Below are positions 28,704 through 37,720 of a stretch of DNA of 40,713 nucleotides, piece by piece. Numbering within the stretch: the first letter of the stretch is position 1; each line of letters starts with the position of its first letter. The position numbers and the translations under genes are program-made. The stretch comes from a virus. Taxonomy: Duplodnaviria > Heunggongvirae > Uroviricota > Caudoviricetes. The stretch lies in IMG/VR virus record IMGVR_UViG_2671180360_000017, one strand, 5' to 3'. The notes beneath the pieces were generated by a model, which saw only the letters and a program-made list of their open reading frames with translations, had not been told where the DNA came from and made no database searches.

Positions 28704-29305
28704 TGAATAATGCAGAATTAAATAGTGAATTGATTGCTACTGCGGCAGGGAATATTACCGTTTATAACTATGATTGTGAAACACGAGAATATATTTCCAC
28801 ATCAACTGAATATCTTGCTGTGGGTGTCGGTATCCCGGTATGTTCCTGTCTGGATACACCAGGTATACATAAGGCGGGTTATGCAATATGCCGCTCTGTG
28901 GATTTAAATTCATGGGAATATGTGCCAGACCATCGAGGTGAAATTGTCTATAGCACCGAAACGGGAGATACCAAAGAAATCACAGTGCCAGGCGACTATC
29001 CCGAAAATACAACCACTATCGCCCCGTTAACGCCATACGATAAATGGGATGGTGAGAAATGGGTGACCGATATTGAGGCACAGCATAGCGCCGCAGTAGA
29101 CGCGGCAGAAGCGCATCGCCAATCGCGGATTGATGCTGCAATGGCTTCCATCAGTCTGATTCAGCTGAAATTGCAGGCCGGACGTAAACTGACGCAGGCA
29201 GAAACAACCCGGCTTAACGCTGTGCTGGATTACATTGACGCGGTGGTGGCAACAGATACCAGCACCGCGCCGGATGTCATCTGGCCTGAACTACCGGAGG
29301 CGTAG
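28703..29305 (+). CDS. G: Tail fibre assembly protein (Tfa / gpG-like), copy 1
   Basis: 200 aa with the Tfa C-terminal motif DTSTAPDVIWPELP; immediately follows H. Confidence 0.8.
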   Translation: MNNAELNSELIATAAGNITVYNYDCETREYISTSTEYLAVGVGIPVCSCLDTPGIHKAGYAICRSVDLNSWEYVPDHRGEIVYSTETGDTKEITVPGDYPENTTTIAPLTPYDKWDGEKWVTDIEAQHSAAVDAAEAHRQSRIDAAMASISLIQLKLQAGRKLTQAETTRLNAVLDYIDAVVATDTSTAPDVIWPELPEA

Positions 29306-29738
29306 GCCATTCAATATCTGGAGCACTGGAAATATCGACCATTTCCAGTGCATCCAGATAATCCAGCCACAAATTATATTGTGCCAGTTCCTCACCTTTC
29401 AGACGACCGATAGCTGCTTTACCAGGCCATTGCTTACCGTTCATGTATTCGTTGGCATGGTCAATTCTCGACTTTTTCTCTGAGTCAGCCGCAGCAAGTT
29501 GTTCTTTATGCGTAGGTGACGGAAGATCTACCCAGCAAGGCAACCCATCATCACCAATGCCACGCATTTTACCCTCAGGAGCGTTTCCCATGAAAACCAG
29601 TGCATCTTCAGCATCTATATTGATGCCGTCTGACGGCCATGTGCCAGCAGTTAAATAATCATATTTCAGTGCCACAAGATAAAAAGCATTTTCCGTCGGG
29701 CTGAATACATAGTCGACCATTAATATCCCACCCCCCAT
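29277..29738 (-). CDS. Second-type tail fibre assembly protein (153 aa), inverted copy
   Basis: Tfa C-terminal motif DISSAPDIEWPTPP; identical to 30184-30645 on the other strand. Confidence 0.7.
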   Translation of the reverse strand: MGGGILMVDYVFSPTENAFYLVALKYDYLTAGTWPSDGINIDAEDALVFMGNAPEGKMRGIGDDGLPCWVDLPSPTHKEQLAAADSEKKSRIDHANEYMNGKQWPGKAAIGRLKGEELAQYNLWLDYLDALEMVDISSAPDIEWPTPPVVQAR

Positions 29739-29834
29739 ACTGCCACTGTTGAATTAGATTTCGTGTATGCGCAAGCGGCTTTGAATTTGACCCGGTCAAC
29801 AATCGCTGCGCTAACAAAAGGGGCTCCATTAGTC

Positions 29835-29860
29835 GCGTAGATCACATTGGTTTGGGAGAA
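29835..29860 (+). repeat. Crossover site B (conserved right half-site joined to non-consensus left flank)
   Basis: gcgtagatcaca TT GGTTTGGGAGAA; the right half is identical to site A, the left half is interior Hv2 sequence. Confidence 0.5.
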
Positions 29861-30202
29861 GCAGCGAAAATGCCTGCTGCGACAGCATTAGCCAGCAGTG
29901 CAGGTAACATCACTATTCCAGTATTAATTGGTGGAGTACAACGAACAGCATTGCTTCAGTGGAAGACGCTATCAGTGCCGCAATCTACCGACGGTAATAT
30001 GGTCGTTGTTGATGGCTCATGGCCGGTTGCCTTTCCTAATGCTTGCCTTTCCATCAATCCTTCGCTGGTAAATTCTGTGATCTACGCGACTAATGGAGCC
30101 CCTTTTGTTAGCGCAGCGATTGTTGACCGGGTCAAATTCAAAGCCGCTTGCGCATACACGAAATCTAATTCAACAGTGGCAGTATGGGGGGTGGGATATT
30201 AA
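29861..30202 (+). CDS. Promoterless alternative tail-fibre C-terminal cassette Hv2
   Basis: Frame is continuous with the LGLGE codons of the crossover site, so fusion to H constant would give a 111 aa alternative C-terminus; followed by its own tfa. Confidence 0.55.
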   Translation, partial: AAKMPAATALASSAGNITIPVLIGGVQRTALLQWKTLSVPQSTDGNMVVVDGSWPVAFPNACLSINPSLVNSVIYATNGAPFVSAAIVDRVKFKAACAYTKSNSTVAVWGVGY

Positions 30203-30645
30203 TGGTCGACTATGTATTCAGCCCGACGGAAAATGCTTTTTATCTTGTGGCACTGAAATATGATTATTTAACTGCTGGCACATGGCCGTCAGACGGCATC
30301 AATATAGATGCTGAAGATGCACTGGTTTTCATGGGAAACGCTCCTGAGGGTAAAATGCGTGGCATTGGTGATGATGGGTTGCCTTGCTGGGTAGATCTTC
30401 CGTCACCTACGCATAAAGAACAACTTGCTGCGGCTGACTCAGAGAAAAAGTCGAGAATTGACCATGCCAACGAATACATGAACGGTAAGCAATGGCCTGG
30501 TAAAGCAGCTATCGGTCGTCTGAAAGGTGAGGAACTGGCACAATATAATTTGTGGCTGGATTATCTGGATGCACTGGAAATGGTCGATATTTCCAGTGCT
30601 CCAGATATTGAATGGCCTACGCCTCCGGTAGTTCAGGCCAGATGA
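30184..30645 (+). CDS. Second-type tail fibre assembly protein (153 aa), partner of Hv2
   Basis: Tfa motif; overlaps the Hv2 stop. Confidence 0.7.
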   Translation: MGGGILMVDYVFSPTENAFYLVALKYDYLTAGTWPSDGINIDAEDALVFMGNAPEGKMRGIGDDGLPCWVDLPSPTHKEQLAAADSEKKSRIDHANEYMNGKQWPGKAAIGRLKGEELAQYNLWLDYLDALEMVDISSAPDIEWPTPPVVQAR

Positions 30646-31219
30646 CATCCGGCGCGGTGCTGGTATCTGTTGCCACCACCGCGTCAATGTAATCCAGCAC
30701 AGCGTTAAGCCGGGTTGTTTCTGCCTGCGTCAGTTTACGTCCGGCCTGCAATTTCAGCTGAATCAGACTGATGGAAGCCATTGCAGCATCAATCCGCGAT
30801 TGGCGATGCGCTTCTGCCGCGTCTACTGCGGCGCTATGCTGTGCCTCAATATCGGTCACCCATTTCTCACCATCCCATTTATCGTATGGCGTTAACGGGG
30901 CGATAGTGGTTGTATTTTCGGGATAGTCGCCTGGCACTGTGATTTCTTTGGTATCTCCCGTTTCGGTGCTATAGACAATTTCACCTCGATGGTCTGGCAC
31001 ATATTCCCATGAATTTAAATCCACAGAGCGGCATATTGCATAACCCGCCTTATGTATACCTGGTGTATCCAGACAGGAACATACCGGGATACCGACACCC
31101 ACAGCAAGATATTCAGTTGATGTGGAAATATATTCTCGTGTTTCACAATCATAGTTATAAACGGTAATATTCCCTGCCGCAGTAGCAATCAATTCACTAT
31201 TTAATTCTGCATTATTCAT
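30617..31219 (-). CDS. Tail fibre assembly protein (Tfa / gpG-like), copy 2 (inverted)
   Basis: Identical to the 28703-29305 product. Confidence 0.7.
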   Translation of the reverse strand: MNNAELNSELIATAAGNITVYNYDCETREYISTSTEYLAVGVGIPVCSCLDTPGIHKAGYAICRSVDLNSWEYVPDHRGEIVYSTETGDTKEITVPGDYPENTTTIAPLTPYDKWDGEKWVTDIEAQHSAAVDAAEAHRQSRIDAAMASISLIQLKLQAGRKLTQAETTRLNAVLDYIDAVVATDTSTAPDVIWPELPEA

Positions 31220-31671
31220 TATGCGGCCCTCACGATATAGTTAAATGCAATATTACGCGGACGAAGTTCTGGTGATACCGGAGTCGAACCGCTGACATTA
31301 AACGTGTAATCAAACACGGAACCTGATCCAGATGAAGTAGATAAAGTTTCAGCATTTGTACTTTTTGCTACAGAAACACCACCTAAACCATTTGTTTGTT
31401 TAACAGCAAAAAGACCATTAAACGTTCCTGAAATAGACGGCATACCATGAGATTGCGCAGTGAGAATCCCCCTGCCACTATCAACGCCTCTTCCATCATC
31501 CCAGCCACGCATAAACTCACCACGTAAATCAGGCAATTTATTTGTCGGGTAAGCCTTTGCCAGTTCTGGGTATTCTTCAGCAGAAAAAGCCGCACCATTG
31601 CATTTCAGCCAGCCTGTTGGCGGAGTGGCTGCAGGCCACGGAACAGGCACACCAACGGGTAACACCGAACC
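31219..31671 (-). CDS. Silent inverted copy of the Hv1 tail-fibre C-terminal cassette
   Basis: Identical to the H C-terminus; no constant part upstream. The ORF track extension to 31725 is read-through into unique DNA. Confidence 0.6.
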   Translation of the reverse strand, partial: GSVLPVGVPVPWPAATPPTGWLKCNGAAFSAEEYPELAKAYPTNKLPDLRGEFMRGWDDGRGVDSGRGILTAQSHGMPSISGTFNGLFAVKQTNGLGGVSVAKSTNAETLSTSSGSGSVFDYTFNVSGSTPVSPELRPRNIAFNYIVRAA

Positions 31672-31697
31672 TTCTCCCAAACCAACGTTTATGAAAA
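31672..31697 (-). repeat. Crossover site C (inverted relative to A and B), next to the invertase gene
   Basis: TTCTCCCAAACC AA CGTTTATGAAAA on the plus strand; inner half is the reverse complement of the site A right half. Confidence 0.6.
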
Positions 31698-31752
31698 TGC
31701 AGAGATAATGGCTAACTGGCATCATCCCCGGTTTTTATTCAGGGGATTGATC

Positions 31753-32319
31753 ATGCTTATTGGCTATGTACGCGTGTCAACAAATGACCAGAACACCGAT
31801 TTGCAACGTAATGCACTGAACTGCGCGGGATGTGAGCGGATTTTTGAGGATAAAATCAGTGGCACTAAGTCCGACAGACCGGGGCTGAAAAAACTGCTCA
31901 GGACACTATCGGCAGGAGACACGCTGGTTGTCTGGAAGCTGGACAGGTTGGGGCGCAGTATGCGGCATCTTGTTACGCTGATAGAAGAGTTGCGTCAGCG
32001 TGGCGTGAATTTCCGAAGCCTGACTGACAGTATTGATACCAGCACCCCAATGGGCCGTTTCTTTTTTCATGTCATGGGGGCCCTGGCTGAAATGGAACGC
32101 GAACTGATAGTTGAACGTACCAGGGCAGGGCTGGCTGCAGCTCGTGCTAAAGGCAGAGTAGGTGGACGCCGTCCTAAGTTGACTACCGAACAGTGGGCAC
32201 AGATTGGGCGTTTACTCGAGGCCGGAGAATCAAGACAGCGTATTGCACTGATTTTTGATGTAGGCGTTTCTACCATTTATAGAAAATTTCCGGCAAATAA
32301 GAGCAATGAATCCCCCTGA
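31753..32319 (+). CDS. Serine DNA invertase (Hin/Gin/Cin/Pin family)
   Basis: Start at MLIGYVRVSTNDQ (catalytic Ser motif); very close to Salmonella Hin along the whole length including the C-terminal HTH; 188 aa. Confidence 0.85.
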   Translation: MLIGYVRVSTNDQNTDLQRNALNCAGCERIFEDKISGTKSDRPGLKKLLRTLSAGDTLVVWKLDRLGRSMRHLVTLIEELRQRGVNFRSLTDSIDTSTPMGRFFFHVMGALAEMERELIVERTRAGLAAARAKGRVGGRRPKLTTEQWAQIGRLLEAGESRQRIALIFDVGVSTIYRKFPANKSNESP

Positions 32320-32367
32320 ATCAGCATTATTTTGATTATCCCTGCAAGCAGACAAATACCGTCATTT

Positions 32368-32385
32368 TGTGTGAATAACGGTACA
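32368..32385. promoter_or_regulatory. Ogr-type late-promoter site (TGT-N12-ACA) for the FI operon (P_F)
   Basis: tgtgtgaataacggtaca about 80 bp upstream of FI. Confidence 0.45.
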
Positions 32386-32461
32386 ACTGCGCTTAGCTGT
32401 TTGTCAGGCACAATCACTTCAACATAGGGCGAAACCTAATCCAATCAGGAGGTTCGCCGCT

Positions 32462-33634
32462 ATGGCTCAGGATTACCACCACGGGGTGCGCGTTGTTGAA
32501 GTCAACGAAGGCACCCGATCCATTACCACGGTGAGCACCGCCATCGTGGGTATGGTCTGCACGGGCGATGATGCCGATGCAAAAATGTTTCCTCTTAATA
32601 AACCCGTGCTGATCACTGATGTGCTGACTGCCAGCGGTAAAGCGGGTGAGTCCGGTACGCTGGCCCGTTCGCTGGACGCCATCGCTGACCAGGCAAAACC
32701 CGTGACCGTTGTTGTGCGTGTGCCGCAGGGTGAAACGGAAGAAGAAACCACGACCAATATCATCGGAGCAGTGACCGCTGAAGGTAAAAAAACAGGCATG
32801 AAAGCCCTGTTATCTGCCCAGTCACAGCTCGGCGTTAAACCGCGCATTCTCGGCGTGCCAGGTCACGATAACAAAGCCGTTGCTACTGAGTTGCTGAGTG
32901 TGGCGCAAAGCCTGCGTGGGTTTGCCTACCTGTCAGCGTATGGCTGCAAGACGGTACAGGAGGCGACCACTTACCGTGAAAACTTCAGCCAGCGCGAAGG
33001 GATGCTGATCTGGCCTGACTTTACTGGCTGGGACACGGTGCTGAACGCCGAAGCAATGGCATATGCCACCGCCCGTGCGCTTGGTCTGCGTGCCAAAATT
33101 GATGAGCAGACCGGGTGGCACAAAAGCCTGTCCAACGTGGGCGTGAACGGTGTCACCGGAATTTCTGCAGATGTGTTCTGGGATCTGCAGGACCCGGCAA
33201 CCGATGCAGGTCTGCTGAACCAGAACGACGTCACCACGCTTGTGCGTAAAGACGGTTTCCGCTTCTGGGGTTCCCGCTGCCTGAGTGATGACCCGCTCTT
33301 TGCCTTCGAAAACTACACCCGCACGGCGCAGGTGCTGATGGACACGATGGCAGAAGCACACATGTGGGCGGTGGATAAACCGCTTAACCCGTCGCTGGCC
33401 CGCGACATTATCGAAGGTATCCGCGCCAAAATGCGCAACCTGGTCAGTCAGGGCTATCTCATTGGTGGTGATTGCTGGCTGGACGAGTCGGTGAACGACA
33501 AAGACACGCTTAAAGCCGGAAAACTCACCATCGACTACGACTACACGCCAGTGCCGCCACTTGAAAATCTGATGCTGCGCCAGCGCATCACCGATCAGTA
33601 CCTGGTGAATTTTGCCAGCCAGGTCAGCGCGTAA
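32462..33634 (+). CDS. FI: Tail sheath protein gpFI
   Basis: 390 aa (P2 FI about 396); synteny with FII. Confidence 0.85.
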   Translation: MAQDYHHGVRVVEVNEGTRSITTVSTAIVGMVCTGDDADAKMFPLNKPVLITDVLTASGKAGESGTLARSLDAIADQAKPVTVVVRVPQGETEEETTTNIIGAVTAEGKKTGMKALLSAQSQLGVKPRILGVPGHDNKAVATELLSVAQSLRGFAYLSAYGCKTVQEATTYRENFSQREGMLIWPDFTGWDTVLNAEAMAYATARALGLRAKIDEQTGWHKSLSNVGVNGVTGISADVFWDLQDPATDAGLLNQNDVTTLVRKDGFRFWGSRCLSDDPLFAFENYTRTAQVLMDTMAEAHMWAVDKPLNPSLARDIIEGIRAKMRNLVSQGYLIGGDCWLDESVNDKDTLKAGKLTIDYDYTPVPPLENLMLRQRITDQYLVNFASQVSA

Positions 33635-33643
33635 GGGGACAAC

Positions 33644-34159
33644 ATGGCTTTACCACGCAAATTAAAACACCTGAACCTGTTTAATGACGGGAACAACTGG
33701 CAGGGGATCGTAGAGTCGCTGACGCTGCCGAAATTCACCCGCAAATATGAGAAGTATCGCGGCGGCGGAATGCCGGGTGCAGTGGATGTGGATCTGGGGC
33801 TTGATGACAGTGCTCTGGACACAGAATTTTCCATTGGTGGTACTGAACTGCTGCTGTTTAAGCAGATGGGCAAAGCCACTGTGGATGGCATCCAGCTGCG
33901 CTTTACCGGCTCTATCCAGCGTGACGATACCGGGGAAGTGCAGGCTGTGGAGCTTGTGGTGCGTGGACGTCACAAAGAAGTGGATTCCGGCGAGTGGAAG
34001 ACGGGCGAAAGCAACACCACCAAAGTGACCAGTACCAACAGCTACGCGAAGCTGACCATCAATGGTGAGGTGCTCTATGAAGTGGACCTTATCAACATGG
34101 TGGAAATTGTGGACGGTGTGGACCTGATGGAAGCGCACCGCAACGCCCTCGGCCTCTGA
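33644..34159 (+). CDS. FII: Tail tube protein gpFII
   Basis: 171 aa (P2 FII about 172). Confidence 0.85.
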   Translation: MALPRKLKHLNLFNDGNNWQGIVESLTLPKFTRKYEKYRGGGMPGAVDVDLGLDDSALDTEFSIGGTELLLFKQMGKATVDGIQLRFTGSIQRDDTGEVQAVELVVRGRHKEVDSGEWKTGESNTTKVTSTNSYAKLTINGEVLYEVDLINMVEIVDGVDLMEAHRNALGL

Positions 34160-34213
34160 TATATCTGAACGGCGCGGGATACCGCGCCAGAACCCAATTT
34201 ACAGGACAGCAAA

Positions 34214-34516
34214 ATGAGCGATAAGCAGACTGAAAAGACTATTCAACTGGATACCCCCATCAAGCGCGGTAAAACAGAAATCACCGAAATTGTGCTGCGT
34301 AAACCGCAGTCCGGTGCGCTGCGCGGTACACGCCTGCAGGCCATTATGGATATGGATGTAAACGCGATGATGACCGTGATCCCCCGCATCTCCAGTCCGG
34401 CACTGACCGCACAGGAAATTGCAGAGATGGACCCGGCAGATCTCACTGCCATGTCGGTTGAGGTTGTCACTTTTTTGTTGAAGAAGTCGGTGCTTGCCGG
34501 TTTACCGACAGCCTGA
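34214..34516 (+). CDS. E: Tail assembly chaperone gpE
   Basis: 100 aa ORF upstream of the tape-measure gene; contains the slippery heptamer. Confidence 0.75.
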   Translation: MSDKQTEKTIQLDTPIKRGKTEITEIVLRKPQSGALRGTRLQAIMDMDVNAMMTVIPRISSPALTAQEIAEMDPADLTAMSVEVVTFLLKKSVLAGLPTA

Positions 34517-34650
34517 CGGTTGACGATCTGGTGGCAGATATCGCCACCATTTTTCACTGGCCGCCATCCGTTACTGACGTTATGCCGCTGACCGAAGTGC
34601 TGGAATGGCGGTATAAAGCGATTCAGAGAAGCGGGGCCAACGATGAGTGA
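34214..34650 (+). CDS. gpE+E' programmed -1 frameshift product
   Basis: Slippery T-TTT-TTG at 34471-34477; the -1 frame stays open to a TGA at 34648-34650 that overlaps the T start codon. Confidence 0.6.
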
Positions 34651-37600
34651 TAATAACCTGCGCCTTCAGGTCATTCTTAATGCGGTTGACAAGCTCACCC
34701 GCCCATTTCGATCCGCGCAGGCCAGTTCAAGAGAACTGGCTGCTGCTGTCAAAAAATCCCGCGATGCAATAAAGCAGCTTGATCAGGCCGGGAGCAGTCT
34801 GGACAGCTTCCGAAAGCTGCAGGCAGAAAATCAGAAATTAGGCGACAGGCTGAACTATGCCCGCCAGCGTGCAAATTTGCTCAGTCAGGAACTGGGAGCG
34901 ATGGGGCCGCCTTCGCAACGTCAGGTTGTTGCTCTGGGCCGTCAACGGCTGGCTGTTCAGCGCCTGGAAGAACGCCAGAAAAAGCTGCAGCAGCAGACGG
35001 CGCTTGTGCGTGCTGAACTGTACCGGGCGGGAATTTCTGCGAAAGACGATGCGGGAGCAACTGCCCGTTTAGCCCGTGAAACATCACGTTATAACCAGGA
35101 ACTTTCGAAACAGGAGGCGCGGCTGAAGCGACTGGGGGAAGCTCAGCGCAGGATGAATGCAGCGCGTGCCAGTTATGCCCGTTCGCTGGAGGTGCGTGAT
35201 CGTATTGCAGGTGCCGGAGCCACCACCACGGCTGCAGGGCTGGCAATGGGCGCACCAGTGATGGCGGCAGTAAAAAGCTATACCAGCATGGAAGATGCCA
35301 TGAAAGGTGTGGCAAAGCAGGTCAATGGTCTGCGTGACGATAATGGCAATCGCACTGCGCGTTTTTATGAAATGCAGGATGCCATCAAGGCTGCCAGCGA
35401 ACAGTTGCCGATGGAAAACGGTGCTGTGGACTTCGCCGCACTGGTTGAAGGTGGGGCGCGCATGAACGTCGCAAACCCTGACGACAGCTGGGAAGACCAG
35501 AAACGTGACCTGCTGGCCTTCGCCAGCACGGCGGCAAAGGCGGCAACAGCCTTTGAGCTGCCAGCGGATGAACTGTCAGAAAGTCTGGGGAAAATCGCCC
35601 AGCTCTACAAAATCCCCACCCGCAATATTGAACAGCTCGGTGATGCGCTGAACTATCTGGATGATAACGCCATGTCGAAAGGGGCAGACATCATTGATGT
35701 GATGCAACGTCTGGGCGGTGTGGCTGACCGTCTGGATTATCGTAAAGCGGCGGCGCTGGGTTCCACCTTCCTGACACTGGGCGCTGCGCCAGAGGTTGCA
35801 GCCAGTGCAGCAAACGCGATGGTGCGTGAATTGTCCATTGCCACCATGCAAAGCAAGAGTTTCTTTGAAGGGATGAATCTGCTGAAACTCAATCCTGAAG
35901 TGATTGAAAAGCAGATGACGAAGGATGCGATGGGAACCATCCAGCGCGTGCTGGAGAAGGTAAACGCGCTGCCGCAGGACAAGCGCCTGTCTGCCATGAC
36001 CATGTTGTTTGGTAAAGAGTTTGGCGATGACGCGGCGAAACTGGCAAATAACCTGCCGGAACTGCAGCGTCAGTTAAAACTGACAGCGGGCAATGATGCG
36101 CTCGGCTCCATGCAGAAAGAATCCGACATCAACAAGGACTCACTTTCTGCTCAGTGGTTGCTGGTCAAAACCGGGGCGCAGAACACCTTCAGCAGCCTGG
36201 GCGAAAAGCTGCGCCAGCCACTGATGGATATTCTGTACACGGTGAAAAGCATCACGGGGGCGTTGCGCCGCTGGGTGGCAGCTAACCCGGAACTGACAGG
36301 CACACTGATGAAAGTAGCAGCGGTTGTGGCTGCGGTTACCGTAGGCCTCGGCACCTTAGCGGTGGCGCTGGCTGCAGTGCTGGGGCCGCTGGCAGTGATC
36401 CGTCTGGGATTCTCTGTGCTGGGTATCAAAACGTTACCTTCCGTTACGGCAGCAGTAACTCGAACCAGCAGCGCGTTGTCCTGGCTGGCTGGCGCACCAC
36501 TGGCACTGCTGCGACGCGGGCTTGCTTTATCGGGCAACGTCGCAGGTTTACTTACTGCGCCGTTGTCGTCTTTGCGCCGCACGGCATCACTGACGGGAAA
36601 TGTCCTGAAAACTGTAGCAGGTGCGCCGGTTGCACTTTTGCGGTCTGGATTATCCGGCTTACGTGCTGTTGCTGTGATGTTTATGAATCCACTGGCAGCA
36701 CTACGCGGTGGACTGGCTGCCGCAGGCGCGGTGCTGCGTGTGCTCGCATCCGGCCCGCTGGCGATGCTGCGCGTTGCCCTGTATGCCGTATCTGGTCTGT
36801 TAGGTGCTCTGCTCAGTCCGATAGGTCTTGTGGTTACTGCACTGGCGGGCGTGGCGCTGGTTGTCTGGAAATACTGGCAACCCATCACCGCATTTCTTGG
36901 TGGCGTGGTGGAAGGATTCAAAGCGGCGGCAGGTCCCGTCAGTGCAGCATTCGAACCGCTTAAGCCCGTGTTCCAGTGGATTGGCGACAAAGTACAGGCG
37001 CTGTGGGGCTGGTTTACTGATCTGCTGACGCCCGTTAAGTCGACCTCTGCCGAACTGCAGAGTGCAGCGGCAATGGGGCGGAGATTCGGGGAGGCACTGG
37101 CGGAAGGGCTGAATATGGTCATGCATCCGCTGGACTCCCTGAAATCCGGCGTTTCCTGGTTGCTGGAGAAACTCGGCATTGTCAGTAAAGAGGCTGCAAA
37201 AGCGAAACTGCCGGAAAGCGTGACGCGTCAGCAACCTGCGACGGTGAATGCAGACGGTAAAGTGATAATGCCATCGGGTGGTTTTCCGTCATGGGGATAT
37301 GGCTTTGCGGGGATGTATGACAGCGGCGGGTATATCCCGCGCGGGCAGTTCGGCATTGTCGGTGAAAACGGGCCTGAAATTGTCAACGGTCCGGCAAACG
37401 TGACCAGCCGGAGAAATACAGCTGCACTGGCTGCGGTTGTCGCCGGAATGATGGGCGTTGCTGCCGCGCCAGCAGAGCTTCCACCGTTGCATCCTTTGGC
37501 GCTTCCCGCGAAAGGCGGCGAAGCGATGGTGAGTCGCGCAGCCACTGTGCCGCCCGTTCACCGGATTGAGGCACCGACGCAGATCATCATCCAGACGCAG

Positions 37601-37720
37601 CCAGGACAAAGTGCGCAGGATATTGCGCGGGAGGTGGCCCGCCAGCTTGATGAACGTGAACGCAGGCTGAAGGCAAAAGCCAGGAGTAACTACAGCGATC
37701 AGGGGGGATACGACGCATGA
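34643..37720 (+). CDS. T: Tail tape measure protein gpT
   Basis: 1025 aa, N-terminal coiled-coil-rich region and glycine/alanine-rich hydrophobic central repeats; position between E and U. Confidence 0.85.
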   Translation: MSDNNLRLQVILNAVDKLTRPFRSAQASSRELAAAVKKSRDAIKQLDQAGSSLDSFRKLQAENQKLGDRLNYARQRANLLSQELGAMGPPSQRQVVALGRQRLAVQRLEERQKKLQQQTALVRAELYRAGISAKDDAGATARLARETSRYNQELSKQEARLKRLGEAQRRMNAARASYARSLEVRDRIAGAGATTTAAGLAMGAPVMAAVKSYTSMEDAMKGVAKQVNGLRDDNGNRTARFYEMQDAIKAASEQLPMENGAVDFAALVEGGARMNVANPDDSWEDQKRDLLAFASTAAKAATAFELPADELSESLGKIAQLYKIPTRNIEQLGDALNYLDDNAMSKGADIIDVMQRLGGVADRLDYRKAAALGSTFLTLGAAPEVAASAANAMVRELSIATMQSKSFFEGMNLLKLNPEVIEKQMTKDAMGTIQRVLEKVNALPQDKRLSAMTMLFGKEFGDDAAKLANNLPELQRQLKLTAGNDALGSMQKESDINKDSLSAQWLLVKTGAQNTFSSLGEKLRQPLMDILYTVKSITGALRRWVAANPELTGTLMKVAAVVAAVTVGLGTLAVALAAVLGPLAVIRLGFSVLGIKTLPSVTAAVTRTSSALSWLAGAPLALLRRGLALSGNVAGLLTAPLSSLRRTASLTGNVLKTVAGAPVALLRSGLSGLRAVAVMFMNPLAALRGGLAAAGAVLRVLASGPLAMLRVALYAVSGLLGALLSPIGLVVTALAGVALVVWKYWQPITAFLGGVVEGFKAAAGPVSAAFEPLKPVFQWIGDKVQALWGWFTDLLTPVKSTSAELQSAAAMGRRFGEALAEGLNMVMHPLDSLKSGVSWLLEKLGIVSKEAAKAKLPESVTRQQPATVNADGKVIMPSGGFPSWGYGFAGMYDSGGYIPRGQFGIVGENGPEIVNGPANVTSRRNTAALAAVVAGMMGVAAAPAELPPLHPLALPAKGGEAMVSRAATVPPVHRIEAPTQIIIQTQPGQSAQDIAREVARQLDERERRLKAKARSNYSDQGGYDA

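Larger units (their letters stand above)
28237..29846. repeat. Left arm of the 1,610 bp perfect inverted repeat
   Basis: Reverse complement equals 30076-31685; all mirrored ORF pairs are identical in sequence; the centre of symmetry is at 29961. Confidence 0.85.
30076..31685. repeat. Right arm of the 1,610 bp perfect inverted repeat
   Basis: Reverse complement of 28237-29846. Confidence 0.85.

Noticed and set aside
28237-31685. Possibility that the repeated tail-fibre sequences represent a CRISPR array or an insertion sequence with terminal inverted repeats
   Set aside because: The repeats are two long inverted copies of coding cassettes with a Hin-like invertase alongside, not short direct repeats with spacers, and there is no transposase.
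36151-37179. 342 aa minus-strand ORF inside the tape measure gene T
   Set aside because: Antisense to T, low-complexity Ala/Ser/Pro/Arg-rich translation typical of a spurious frame in GC-rich DNA.
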